A stretch of 64,000 nt of DNA from Octopus sinensis (taxonomy: Eukaryota), in the NCBI RefSeq assembly GCF_006345805.1, contig NC_043007.1, positions 39,308,001-39,372,000 on the forward strand, in the 5' to 3' direction. Shown here one piece after another: positions 23,713 through 36,476 of this stretch (position 1 is the first letter of the stretch; every line of letters starts with the position of its first letter). Position numbers and translations under genes: made by a program. A model generated the notes under the pieces. The model searched no databases, was not told where the DNA came from, and worked only from the letters and a program-made list of their open reading frames with translations.

Positions 23713-23883
23713 TGTGTATGGAAATATAATGCTATATATTCATACATGCACGCATCTATGTATAAATATGCTTATTGTAAAGACAGACAAACAGGCAGAT
23801 AGATACAGATATGAAAGGCAGAAGTAGAAGTAGGTACAGAAAGAAATAGTAGTGTATACAGAAACATGTAAAGGTAGACACAT

Positions 23884-23929
<46 letters not shown>

Positions 23930-24510
23930 TATATATATATATATATAGGTTGACATACACAGGTAGACATAGAAAAAATATAGGTAGATATATGGAAAGA
24001 TAGATGTGTGTGTGCCACTGTGCAAATGTATGTATACCTAGTTACATAAATTCAAGTTTCTAAATCAAAATATATTTGTATTAACACACACAAAGAGTAA
24101 GCATGTGCACACAGACACATATAATACAAAACATGTGTAGAACTCCTTTCTTGGCAATAGAAGAAGGTAGGGGCAGGAATGGTGTAGAGCTGAAGGAAAG
24201 ACACTGTGTGAGTGGTGGTGGTGGGGGGGGGGGTAAGTATACATACACACACACACACACACATCCAACCATCCATGCTGCATGTATATGAGCGTACATG
24301 CACAGAAACCAGTGGGTGTTGGTGTCCATTATAAGATGCATGAAGTTTACGAGCAACAACAACAACAACACCATTTGTGAAGTCTGAAGAACTGACAGGT
24401 GATTGCAACCAAGCTGCCATATCAAATATTCCAGCATAATCTTTCACACAGATTCTGTGCGTAAACACACACATGTATATTAATTGTTTGCATATATAAA
24501 TGAGTGTGTA

Positions 24511-24577
<67 letters not shown>

Positions 24578-24596
24578 ATATATATGTATATATATA

Positions 24597-24900
24597 TTAA
24601 GGTATGTAGAAAAATACAACATGGACAAGAACGTATAACTCATAGAAGACGATACAATAAACATGGACAGGACATTCGAACCCCTCAGTCTTCAGTCAAG
24701 AACCGGATCATCGTAGTAATTTCGGCTGATTAATCTTGAGATTACTAGATCACGGCCAGCCCTCCAAGAAAAACTAAGCTGGAAGCGTAGATTTCCTGGA
24801 AGAAGGATCGAATGCATACGAACACCAGGACAGCAAAAGGGACGGATATAAAAAAAAAAAAACAAAAAACAATAATGGAATACAGAAACATGAAATACAG
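24597..24900 (-). mobile_element. Penelope-terminal-repeat-like non-coding insert between (TA)n tracts
   Basis: Distinct CpG-containing block embedded in TA/TG microsatellite; carries hammerhead core motifs. Confidence 0.5.
24681..24747 (-). ncRNA. Candidate hammerhead ribozyme with non-canonical strand order
   Basis: Minus strand TAGTAAT-C-TCAAGA / TTAATCAGCC-GAA-ATTACTA / 12-nt linker / TCTTGA-CTGAAGA-CTGAGGGG; helix III 7 bp perfect, helix I 6 bp perfect. Confidence 0.5.
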
Positions 24901-24962
24901 AAGCATTAAATATATATATGTATATGTATGTATGTGTATATAAATGTATGTATATGAATATA

Positions 24963-25830
24963 TATCATCATCATCGTTAAACGTCTGCTTTCCATGCTGG
25001 CATGGGTTGGACGATTTGACTGAGGACTGGCGAACCAGATGGCTGCACCAGGCTCCAATATGATCTGGCAGAGTTTCTACAGCTGGATGCCCTTCCTAAT
25101 GCCAACCACTCCAAGAGTGTAGTGGGAGCTTTTACGTGCCACCAGCACAAGGGCCAGTCAGGTGGTACTGGCAACAGCCACGCTCAAATGGCGTTTTTTA
25201 CCTGCCACCTGCACAGGAGCCAGTCCAGCAGCACTGGCAACGACCTTGCTCGAATGTTTTTTCACATGCCACCGGCACAAGTGCCAGTAAGGCGACGCTG
25301 GTAACGATCATGCTCGAATGGTACTTTTTATGTGCCACTGGCATGGAAGCCAGTCAGCTGCTCTGGCAACGATCATGCTCACATGGTGTTCTTAGCGTTC
25401 CACTAGCACAGATGCCAGTCATCGAATTTGATTTCGATTTCACTTGCCTCAACAGGTCTTCGCAAGCAGAGTCTAATGTCCAATGAAGGAAAGGTATGCA
25501 TAAGTGGGCTGGCTACACCCCTGGCATAGGCCACGGGTTATGGTCTCACTTGGCTTGCCGGGTCTTCTCACACACAGCATATTTCCAAAGGTCCCGGTCA
25601 CTAGTCATTGCCTCGGTGAGGCCTAATGTTCGAAGGTTATGTTTCACCACCTCATCCCAGGTCTTCCTGGGTTTACCTCTTCCACAGGTTCCCTCAACCG
25701 CTAGGGTGTGGCACTTTTTCACACAGCTATCCTCATCCATTCTCACCACATAACCATACCAGCGCAGTCGTCTCTCTTGCACACCACATCTGATGCTTCT
25801 TAGGTTCAACTTTTCTCTCAAGGTACTTGA
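24963..25830 (-). mobile_element. 5'-truncated RTE-clade LINE (RT C-terminus, 3' UTR, (GAT)n tail)
   Basis: LREKLNLRSIRCGVQERRLRWYGYVVRMDEDSCVKK..VEGTCGRGKPRKTWDEVVK..DRDLWK. Confidence 0.92.
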
Positions 25831-26149
25831 GATTGAAGCTGACCGAGGGACCAGAACAACAACAACAACCACCACTATGCAGCAAACTCCCCTCCCCTCT
25901 GAGTGTTTGTGGTCAACAAACAAATTTAGCACTGTCACCCCTCTCACCTGTAGGCTACCACCACCACCACCACCACCACTTGTATTTTATAAGTTAACTA
26001 ACACATTGGTACTACAACCACAACAACAACTATTGACACCTACAACTACAAACAGATGTCAAAACCAAAATGTTTACAAGGCAACCCTGTATTTGACAAT
26101 TGGCCATCACAGTTAAGTTACTGGACAATCATAACACTGACATAACAGT

Positions 26150-26152
26150 TGT

Positions 26153-26187
<35 letters not shown>

Positions 26188-26210
26188 ATAATAATAATAA
26201 TAATAATCAA
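26150..26210. repeat. Compound (CTA)n(ATA)n microsatellite
   Basis: Direct reading. Confidence 0.95.
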
Positions 26211-27192
26211 TAACTTCACCACCATCACCCCTGGCACCCCAACCCTGCTACCAATCATCAACATCAAAGCAACTATCACAAAAACAGTCACGATTTTAAT
26301 CCACCACCACCCACCACCCACTCAAACCCCACCCACCACCATAACCAATACCACAACCCGCCAACAAGAGGCACTTCTACATGGTCGTTTGAGTTGTTAG
26401 AAACAGCAGTCAAATTCTTGTTAATATCCCCATTCTACTATCTTCAAGGGAAATATTTAAAATTTGCATTGAAGAATATATACATATCTGATGACAGATA
26501 GATACCCAATGCCTGAAGCTACCCTAAATCATAGGTTTGCTCAATCAGAATTGGCCTGAAGCTAAACAGACAACAACCATTGCTACCACTGCAAGAAACG
26601 TCTCCACAAGATTGCTTAGCTTGCTAAAAATAGCAGTCTAATCTCCTTCAAGTACACCTTTCGCTGTTTATGAAAGGAAAAACACATCCCATATTCTAGT
26701 CCTTAATACACAATGACCACAAGAATGAATAAATATAAAATAAAATCTGGGATGGTGATGGGGATTATCAGTGATCCGCTTGATAAGGGTCCAACAACAA
26801 CAACAGTGTTAAAAGCAACCTTCAACTATAGTCACTGTGGCCACCAGGGAAGAGGCTAGTGAATGTATCATCCATTTGGAAGGAGCCCTCACTTTTCTAC
26901 CATTCCTCCAATTCTAGGCCCCCAAGCCTAAACAGGTTTATACAGCAGACCCCAAAGTGCCTGGCTCATAAAAGTGTCACCCAGGGTAGACTGTCCCATC
27001 CCCACCAGCAATATTGTTGGTAGCTACCCCTTTCAGCCATTCCAACTCCACTATTACAGCCCCATGTCTACCCTCCTCACCTGCCACTAATTCACATCCA
27101 CCTGAGGAGCCTCAATCTTGCTCACCACACAAACACTATAGGGCCAACAACTGGATAAGGTCATCTCTCATATTAACTGACTAAATAATTAA

Positions 27193-27777
27193 CTCTTTAG
27201 TATTTAAACCGGCCATATCCAGCTCAAATATTCCACTTGTTTTATGTTCATACTGACTGGATCTGGCCTTTCACATCTACCCAACAATGTCATTCTAAAA
27301 ATAAACAATCATCATCATCACCATCATTTAGCATCTACTTTTCATGCTGACATGGGTTAGACAGTTTGACTATAGAGGTTTCAATCTGATTTGGCATGGT
27401 TTCTATAGCTAGATGCCCTTCCTAATGCCAACTACTCCAAGAGTGTAATGGGTGGCATGGTACCAGTTATGTGACACCAGCATCGGCCACAACTACGATT
27501 TCACTTGGCTTAACGAGTTTTTCAAACACAGTATATTGCCAAAAGTCTTGGTCACTTATCACCTCTGTGAGGCCCAATGTTCGAAGATCTTGCTTCACCA
27601 CCTCATCCACAGGTGCCCTCTACATTTAGAGATTGGCACTTTTTTTATACAGCTGTCCTCATCCAAAAGCATCATTTTATCAAAATCTCAAAGTTATTAG
27701 ATAATGCATGATTAACTGAAAACAATGTGAATAATAATAAGCATTACATCTGACAGAGTTATCTGAATGCTAAAGTG
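27193..27777. mobile_element. M1 MITE interrupted by a family F (RTE 3' UTR) fragment at about 27310-27665
   Basis: TTAA at 27189-27192 and 27778-27781; the halves rejoin into the 21860-22079 sequence. Confidence 0.85.
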
Positions 27778-27781
27778 TTAA

Positions 27782-28031
27782 CCTTTTGAGACGCAGTGTT
27801 TTGGTGGTATGTGTTGCCAATAAAGACGCAACATGTTTTTTCTGATGTGATTGAAATTGATGGGTGCAGGTAGAAAACAAAGGATAGAGTACTTAAGACT
27901 ACCTTATTAGTATTTCAAATATATAGTTATATATTATATCTACTGAAAGACGATCTTTGATTGGCTATTACACTTCAAAACGTTTGTTTCACAGCCTCAA
28001 AGTCCTTTCAGCTTGAAGTGCCCCAAGAGGG
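27782..28031. mobile_element. piggyBac-type MITE (family M2)
   Basis: TTAA-CCTTTTGAGACGC ... GTGCCCCAAGAGGG-TTAA; partial copies at about 31255-31387 and 33801-33930. Confidence 0.7.
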
Positions 28032-28585
28032 TTAAGGAAACAAACAGTCAAGAAACCACCAGGCCATAATGAAGTCCAGTATTCTAGTTAGTATAAAGGA
28101 TCTAAATACTGACTGAATTGGTTTATCACTGTTGCTGAGCCCCTTCTTTTTAGGTTTGATGTGTCAGCAGTTGGAAGTGGGGTGGTTCATAATGGTGTGT
28201 ATATATTTTGTTGCTAAGTTCAATATAGATCAGGAGTGGAGAAACTCCCACCCGCGGACGCAGCGGCGCCTGCAGGCTGGTATACTTGTTTGTACAAAAT
28301 ATAGTAAATTTTTCAATTATAAAATTTATACAATATTCATATGCCTGTTTGCAACATAGGTCTTGTTTCCACTACAACTTAAAATGGTTAGACTCAAACA
28401 GAAGGAAATGGTCTGGTAATTGCCATTTGAATGGAAATTTTGTATTCACTATATAACACATATTGCTAGGTTTGTACCACCCTCTTGAGACCTAACTACA
28501 TTCTAGCCGAAAAATATAGAATACCACAAAATATAAACGTCCTAAATTCAGTGACAGTGTTAATGAAGATGTTACACATTAATTA

Positions 28586-28683
28586 AAATGTCTTAAACTT
28601 ATCTTTATTAGTGTATATCAAATTATACATAGACAAATGTCTTAAACTTATCTTTATTAGTGTATATCAAATTATACATAGAC
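28586..28683. repeat. Perfect 49-bp tandem duplication
   Basis: AAATGTCTTAAACTTATCTTTATTAGTGTATATCAAATTATACATAGAC x2. Confidence 0.97.
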
Positions 28684-29619
28684 ATATACAAAATTACACA
28701 AATATAAGAGTTAGAACTTGTGATTTTCCCACAGACCTTTTCCTTTGGAAACTTTTGTCCACTACACTAAAAAGTTTCCTCACCCGTGATGTAGAAAGAT
28801 GCTCCTCACCAGAGAGAAAATATTTCATCCTTCCTAAGTAATAGTTACATAAACTAGGTGTGAGTGTGTGTATGTGTGTGTTGGCACATACGTGGGTGTG
28901 GGCATGTATGTATACATATATGTGGGCATGTATGCGTGTGTGCGCAAGTATATGTGTTTGTGTGGGCATGTATGTTGGCATGTGTGTGTGGGTCTTTTTA
29001 ATTCTCTTAGAAGAGAAGGGTAGTACCTGCTAGGGAGTGTGTGGCCATTATAAGGTCTCAGGATGGTAGGGGGGAATTAGTAGGAAAGAGAGGGGGAGGA
29101 TACTATCCTAAATGTCATCCCCACTCCAACCCCGACCCAAGACTTGGCCCTGTAGCTGGCAACAGAAGACAGTGATGTGGGGTGGGAGAAAATAAACACA
29201 ACTATCCACAAGAGAGGTGACAGCACAGGTGTATTCCACTCACCCTCACAAAATACCAGGAACTTGGAATGGAAAGAACTAGTAGAGAGAGAAAGAGAGG
29301 AGGAAGATAGGTAAAAGAGGGAAGAGAGAGAGAGGGATGAAGGAGAGAAAGGTTAAAAGAAACACACACACACACACACACAGTGTGAATCATTCAGCAC
29401 ACACACACACACACACACGCACACACACAAACTTTTTCTCTCAGAGTAGGTCAATGACACTCAGGTGTTTAGAAGGCCACCTTTTCTGGGTCGTCTGGGG
29501 TCAACCATTCAACTTTCATCTGTCACAGTAAGACCTAAAAAAGCTTTCAGAAACTGAGAAGAGTGTGTGTGTGTGTGTGTGTATAGAGAGAGGGGGGGGG
29601 ATAGAGACACAAACATTTA

Positions 29620-29810
29620 GCAAGCAGAATCATTAGCATACAGGGCGAGAAATGCTTAGCAGTATTTTGTCTGCTGCTACATTCTGAGTTCAAATTCTAC
29701 CAAAGTCAACTTTGCCTTTCATCCTTTCGGGGGAGGGGGTGATAAATTAAGTACCAGTTGAGTACTGTGATCGATTGTCCCCTTCCCCACAAAATCCAGG
29801 CCTTTTACCT
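29620..29810 (+). mobile_element. Family C SINE
   Basis: GCAGAATCATTAGCA..GAGTTCAAATTC..TTTGCCTTTCATCCTTTCGGG..AAGTACCAGTT. Confidence 0.85.
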
Positions 29811-29849
29811 ATGATAACTCATAACAATGATAATAAAAGATAGACAACA

Positions 29850-30270
29850 TAGGTGCAGGAGTGGCTTTGTGGTAAGTAGCTTGCTTACGAACCGCATGGT
29901 TCCAGGTTCAGTCCCACTGCGTGGAAGCTTGGGCAAGTGTCCTCTACTATAGCCTCAGGTCGACCAAAGCCTTGTGAGTGGATTTGGTAGACAGAAACTG
30001 AAAGAAGCCTGTCGTATATATGTATATATTTAATATATGTATGTGTGTGTATATGTTTGTGTGTCTGTGTTTGTCCCCCCAACATCACTTGACAACCGAT
30101 GCTGGTGTGCTTACATCCCCATAACTTAGCAGTTCGGCAAAAGAGACCGATAGAATAAGTACTAGGCTTCCAAAGAATAAGTCTGGGGGTCGATTTGCTC
30201 GACTAAAGGTGGTACTCCAGCATGGCCGCAGTCAAATGACTGAAACAAGTAAACGAGAGAGAGAGAGAGT
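29850..30270 (+). mobile_element. Family B SINE, full length
   Basis: Collinear with 20477-20890. Confidence 0.92.
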
Positions 30271-30446
30271 AACTGGCACACATTATTATTGTCACCTAAT
30301 TCCACCAGAAATATACCAGAAAATATTATCTAGAGAGGAGTCACATGATAGAAAGGAAGGGGTATTACGTTTTAATAGCAAATTGGATCAGGGTATTTCA
30401 CAATACAATTTGAAAGAATAGAAAACACATACACACTAAAATTTAA

Positions 30447-30665
30447 CACTTTAGCAGTTATACTGGCCATATAAAGGTCCAAGTATTCTAGTTGTTTTAG
30501 TTTCAAACTGGCCAGATCCAGCTTCTCACACCTACCCTACAATGTCATCCCAGAAATCTACAATCACATTATCGAAATCTGGAAGCTTTGTGATAATTCA
30601 TGATTAATTCAAGGCAACGTGGATAAATAAGTATTACATTTGACAGAAATCTGTATGCTAAAGGG
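30447..30665. mobile_element. M1 MITE
   Basis: TTAA-CACTTTAGCAG ... ATGCTAAAGGG-TTAA. Confidence 0.85.
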
Positions 30666-31014
30666 TTAAATAATATGGATGGAATTACAAGGTGTTCACA
30701 TGTGTATGTGCTCACACATGCACATGTATCACATAGCTGAGTGGTTGACCCTTTTCAGATACACTGTATTTTGTTATGTGTAGCCAAAAAAGACCAAAAT
30801 CTTTTTTCTGTAGAGATTGAAACTGATGGGTGCATGTACAAAACGAAAGATAAAGTACCTAAAACTACTAAATTACTATGTAAAACTATCTTTTACTTGT
30901 TTCAGTCATTTGACTGGGGCCATGCTGGAGCACTGCCTTTAGTCGAACAAATCGACCCCAGGACTTATTCTATTGGTCTCTTTTGCTTATTCTATTGGTC
31001 TCTACTGAAAAAGT

Positions 31015-31240
31015 AATGGTTGTTACCACCTCAGTAATCAGTACTGAGGAAGGGTTCTGAAACAGTTCTGGTCTACTGGTCCTTTCACTGCTGGATGGGA
31101 GCTGTTTGCTCCATTGTTTGCAATAGAATGGACATAGATATTCTGTAGTCAATCAGCTGGAGGAGGTGCCCTCTTGAGGTTAAAAAGAGTCATAACATTG
31201 TTCCATATGGAACAACCACATTGAGGTGGCAACAACCATT
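31015..31240. mobile_element. Unclassified MITE-like element with 19-bp terminal inverted repeats
   Basis: AATGGTTGTTACCACCTCA and TGAGGTGGCAACAACCATT (18/19); internal 16-bp palindrome at 31199-31214. Confidence 0.55.
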
Positions 31241-31979
31241 AATTTTACATTAGAGCGACTGAAAGATGATCTCTGATTGACTATTACACTTCAAAACATT
31301 TCTTTCATTGGGGCAATAGATCTGCCTCAAAGTCCTTTCAGCTTGTATCATTGGGGCTGATCAATTGGCCTGGGTGTCCTAAGAGGGTTATGGTTATTCA
31401 CTCTCACATCACACGGTTCATTTTCAAATTTGGGTTCAATTCCAGCAAGCAGTACCCTGATCAAGTCAAATATCTTCTTATTCTACTAGCACTGCACTGA
31501 TTTGACCCAAACCATATAAATGAGAAGATGGAAGCCATGCAGGAAAACCATCTGATAGGTTATGTAATCTATTATTCAAAAGGACTCACACTAGTTGATC
31601 CTATCTTAAGGTTGTCTGCAAAGAATAGATCTGTTGATCAAACTGGACAACTCATTTGACTCAAACTATGTGGGATTAACTGCAGTGAGGGAGACAGGTG
31701 AGTGAGGTGTAACAACAATAGATCCAACTTTAGTGAGGATCTCTATTAGCAAAAGCACATCACTGGCCCTTTTGATACTAGCCCACCTGAGACAGCCCTT
31801 CATGATTCCAAATGATTTAAACTTCCTCGCTTTAAAGTGATAAATTAAAACCTTCTGTCAAAATTCCATGTTAATTTATACTTCAAACACCAGCTTAATT
31901 ATGAGTTATTTTTTACTAAATTCATAATAGTTAATTTTCAAACTTAATCAAAGCAAAGGTAGTGTTTCAACAGATCGGA

Positions 31980-32210
31980 TGGTGCTTTTTACGTGCCAGC
32001 CTCGTCTGGCACCTGTGCCAGTGGCACATAAAAAGCACCCACTACACTCACGGAGTGGTTGGCATTAGGAAGGGCATCCAGCCATAGAAACATTGCCAGA
32101 TCAGACTGGGCCTGGTGCAGCCTTCTGGCTTCCCAAACCCCAGTTGAACCGTCCAACCCATACTAGCATGGAAAGCGGACGCTAAACGATGATGATGATG
32201 ATGATGATTA
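31980..32210 (+). mobile_element. Family F (RTE 3' UTR) fragment
   Basis: GGAGTGGTTGGCATTAGGAAGGGCATCCAGC..GCATGGAAAGCGGACGCTAAACGATGATG. Confidence 0.85.
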
Positions 32211-33939
32211 CCCACCAAGACTCTCCAGGACATTACTGCAAACCCTATAATAAATTCTGTAATGGTCTTGGAACGCAAAGCGCCATGGGAGTCACAGAGC
32301 AGGGATGAAGCACATACAGGCATGATATCATTAGCAACTGCAATACATGACTCTACAATACAGCAATATAGCTGCAATGCAATACCTCAAATACATGAAA
32401 TAAATTACTTTCTCCCGCACCATCCATGCCCCCCACCTCCTGCCACCAGGTTAAGAACCACTGCTCTAAACCCAACAATTTTTTGACACACTGCAAAGCT
32501 CAGATAAGACCCACAATGGAGCATTGATCTCACATCTGGAATGATGTTCTTGCTGTACACACACTCAGACACCTACCACATCCAGAGAAAAAAGGCCACC
32601 TAGACCACCCAACTGAATAGCATAAGTCACTCACAAGCATACACTCCAGTACCCTGGCCCACAAGCAGCTCTCTTATTGCTGCCTTTTCTATTGCTGCTA
32701 AGAACAGCCTTTGTTCTTTATAGCTTGCTTGGGTTCATGCCATCTCCATGCAGGTGCTCACAATTCACTAGTCTCTCCTCCGACCATCCTTGCTGCTGTT
32801 TAACACCCTCGCCTACAAGACTTTACACTGATCACTACACACAATCCTTCCTTCCTTCCTTAAAATAACATCCCTCTTGAATTCCTTCCCTGCTCACATC
32901 TTTAGTACAGGTTGACTTAGAAATGGTCAAGAGTGACACTACTGGCATCAATCTTGCCAGTCTTGAAGGGCTAGGAAAAGGTCTTGTGCACCACCCCTTC
33001 CTCCCAGACTTGAAGTTAGGGAGAGCATCCAGCTGTTAAACCATGCCAAAGCAGAATTTGTTGGTGCTGGTGCCACGTAAAATGTATTCAGTGCACTCTG
33101 TAAAGTGGTTGGCGTTAAGGAAGAGCATCCAGCCGTAAAAGCCATGCCAAAGTAGACAGTGGAACTTGGTGCATTCCTCTGGCTTACCAGCTCCTGTCAT
33201 CATCATCACTTAACATCTGTCTTCTACACCAGCATAGAATGATGATATATATTACATACATGTACATACACATGCAAGCACACACACACACACACACACA
33301 CTCACTTTAATGTTCGAATTTTTAGTTTTAAGTTTTTGACTTGTGAAAGTAGTTCCATGAGAAAATATATAAAGAGAAAGAGAGGAGGAGGAAGAGGAAA
33401 CACATTGTTAAAGTTAAATAGTAAGACTTGAACTGTCATCACTTATTTAGTCCTTTGCTGTCATCATCAGGTTTAGTGTTGGCATTATCAATGTCAACAA
33501 AAAAAAACAAAAAAATAACAAAAAGAAAAAACTCCCAGGTGGGTCTATAAAATAAGGCACAAGTCAAGGACTGGAAGGTCTATGTTTACATAAACAAGTA
33601 TTCTGAGCCAGATACATAAGTCAGGTGTCTTAACTAAGGCTAGATTTCTGTAATAAGCTCAAAGGTCACACATTTGGTGATAGTGAGAAGGGGGTGATGG
33701 GATTGTCTCATAGGAACTGATTTAACACTTTTGTTACCATATTTCTATTAACACATGCTGCCTTTGTTTCAATTAATTTTTACAATAATGAAGAATTTAA
33801 CCCTCTTGGGACACCTGGCCCAAATGACACAAGCTGAAAGGACTTTGAAACCAATCCATCGGCCTGATGAAACAAAAGTTTTGAAGTGCAATAACCCATC
33901 AGAGACCATCTTTCAGTAGATAGACTATAAAACTTAAAG

Positions 33940-34137
33940 CTTAACCAGTTGAGCATGTCCCTTAGTGGCTGACGATATGTGCATCTCGAATCACAAGTAA
34001 ATATAGTGGGGGAGCATCATAGCCATGTATAGGAAGGAATTCTTTGAGGTTTGGATAATTCACCATTGGAAACATGAGTGTTTTGTTCAACATTCTTAAA
34101 CAACCCTTATTCACTCAATAATAATAATAATAATAAT
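33940..34137 (+). mobile_element. Family E fragment with (AAT)n tail
   Basis: Matches part of 14293-14852 with an internal deletion. Confidence 0.8.
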
Positions 34138-34835
34138 GGTTTCAAATTTTGCCATAAGGAAAGCAATTTTGGGGGAGAAGGTAAATCAATTACACTGAAC
34201 CCAGTGTTCAACTGCTACATGTTTAATGAACCCTGAAAGGATGAAAGGCAAAGCTGACCTCAGCAGAGTTTGAACTCAGATCGTAAGGACGGATGAAATG
34301 CTGCTAAGCATTTTGCTCGATGTAGGTTTACATTAAGAAAAATAGTATGGACAGTACAGGACAAAACAAAGAATGTGTGTGAGTGTGTGTGCTGTTGTGA
34401 GGGTTTTATCTCTAAACAAGACAGACAAAATAAAAAAAAAAGGGTTTCAAATTTTGCCATAAGGGCAACAATTTGGGGGGAGGGGATGAGTCGATTACAT
34501 TGACCCCAGTGATTAACTGGTGTGCATTTTATCGACCCCCGAAAGGACGAAAGGCAAAGTCGACCTCGGCAGGATTTGAACCCAGAATGTAGTGACGGGC
34601 AAAATACCACCACTAAGCATTTCGTCCAGCATGCTAATGACTCTGCCAGCTCAATGCCTTAATAATGATAATAATAACAATAATAATGATAATAATATCA
34701 TTGGCACAAGACTGTAGATTTCTGGGAAAGAAATATTGTTGATGACTTAATTGGTACACCCACTCACAGTTACTTAGATTATGAACCAGGAAGGATGATA
34801 TCCAAAGTTGACCTCAGCCACAGTGGAACTCAGAA
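34137..34835 (-). mobile_element. Cluster of 3 family C SINEs
   Basis: Repeated GGTTTCAAATTTTGCCATAAGG..GAAAGGCAAAG..GACCTC blocks. Confidence 0.85.
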
Positions 34836-35036
34836 CAAAAAGGAGCATAACTAAACAAGAACAGCAGCAGCATCGGTTCACGAGGAAGACATTAAGCAAA
34901 ATCCTTATATTACAACCATCAAACCGTCATAATAATTGCAATCTGGCTAAATTTTTAAAAAATAGGCGAAAAAGGAAAAGATAAAGAGAACAAATAAACA
35001 GAGCAAAATCCTACATTATCATGTCTATACACACAC

Positions 35037-35070
<34 letters not shown>

Positions 35071-35417
35071 TATATATACACACACACACACAAACACATG
35101 TACATATACACACACATATACACATACATATAAAGACTTGTGTGCTTGTATGTCTCCTAATTCAACTACTATGTGTATGAATGTATGTGTGTACATACAT
35201 ACATACATACATACATATATACACACACATAGACACACAATTGTTAAAATAATGAACAAATGGTTGATAAAGCATAAACAAAACAAGAACAACATGAAAA
35301 TATATAATAAAAGATGAAAGAAAAAGGTGAAAAGACATCAAAAAACCCAACAGATGGGTCCATATTTAATGAACTACCTTTGTACGAGATTGTGTACGAG
35401 TGTGTGCACATGTATGG

Positions 35418-35509
<92 letters not shown>

Positions 35510-36131
35510 GGGAGATAGAGAGAGAGATGTATATACTCACAGATGTTTATTTTCTGTATGTATGTATATTTATGCAAACTTATACACACACATCTGTGTG
35601 TACAAGTATATTTGGCTCATTATTATTATCACTGCTGTACATTTTATTTATGATCTTCAATGACTTTTCAAAATTTTTTTTCCTTTCTTTAGAAATTATA
35701 AAGGAATTAAAAAAAAAAAAGAAAAAAAAGAAAAAAGAGAGGCTCAGCCGGTGGGGGTGTGTGGGGGTACAGAATAAGATTAGTGTGGGGAGAGAGAGAG
35801 AGATAGAGAGAGAGAGTGAATGGAAGGAAGAGAGAAAGATAATGACATCAGACACTAAATTTCAGAATTAGTATCTTGTTAGCTTAATTTTGGATTGAAA
35901 GAGTGAGCGAGAGGAAAATAATGCTCAGAGTCACCAGCTGTGTGAAGAGCAGACAGTAAAGTGCTCACTAACACAATGGAGGGAATCAAGATAGTTTTAA
36001 TTAACTACAACTTTGTGATCCAAGTCATTTAAATATGTTAATATCTACTTCATTGTTTGGTTTTGGTATCTTAATGAGTTTTAGTTTAGCTTCTGTGCTA
36101 TTCTGATCCAGCCATGACTACATTATCTTTT

Positions 36132-36165
<34 letters not shown>

Positions 36166-36249
36166 TGTGTGTGTGTGTGTGTGTGGTGCATATATATATA
36201 TAAAAGAGAGCAAAGTGTATGTATGCCGCTAAATATACATATATATATA

Positions 36250-36435
36250 TGTGTGGCTGTGTGGTAAGTAGCTTGTTTACCAACCACATGGTTCCGGGTT
36301 CAGTCCCACTGTGTGGCACCTTGGGCAAGTGTCTTCTACTATAGCCTTAGGCTGACCAAAGCCTTGTGAGTGGATTTGGTAGACGGAAACTGAAAGAAGC
36401 CCGTCGTGTATATGTATATATATATATATATGTGT

Positions 36436-36476
<41 letters not shown>

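Noticed and set aside
28230-28285. GC-rich island CAGGAGTGGAGAAACTCCCACCCGCGG..
   Set aside because: Looks like a lone hAT 5' end and not a promoter; no matching right end or TSD found.
32220-32463. Possible hAT dimerisation-domain remnant next to a GGTTAAGAACCACTG end
   Set aside because: The peptide similarity is too weak and only one terminus is visible.
33865-33895. CTGATGA...GAAG hammerhead-like word
   Set aside because: No GAAA or helix I/III, and not conserved in the other M2 MITE copies.
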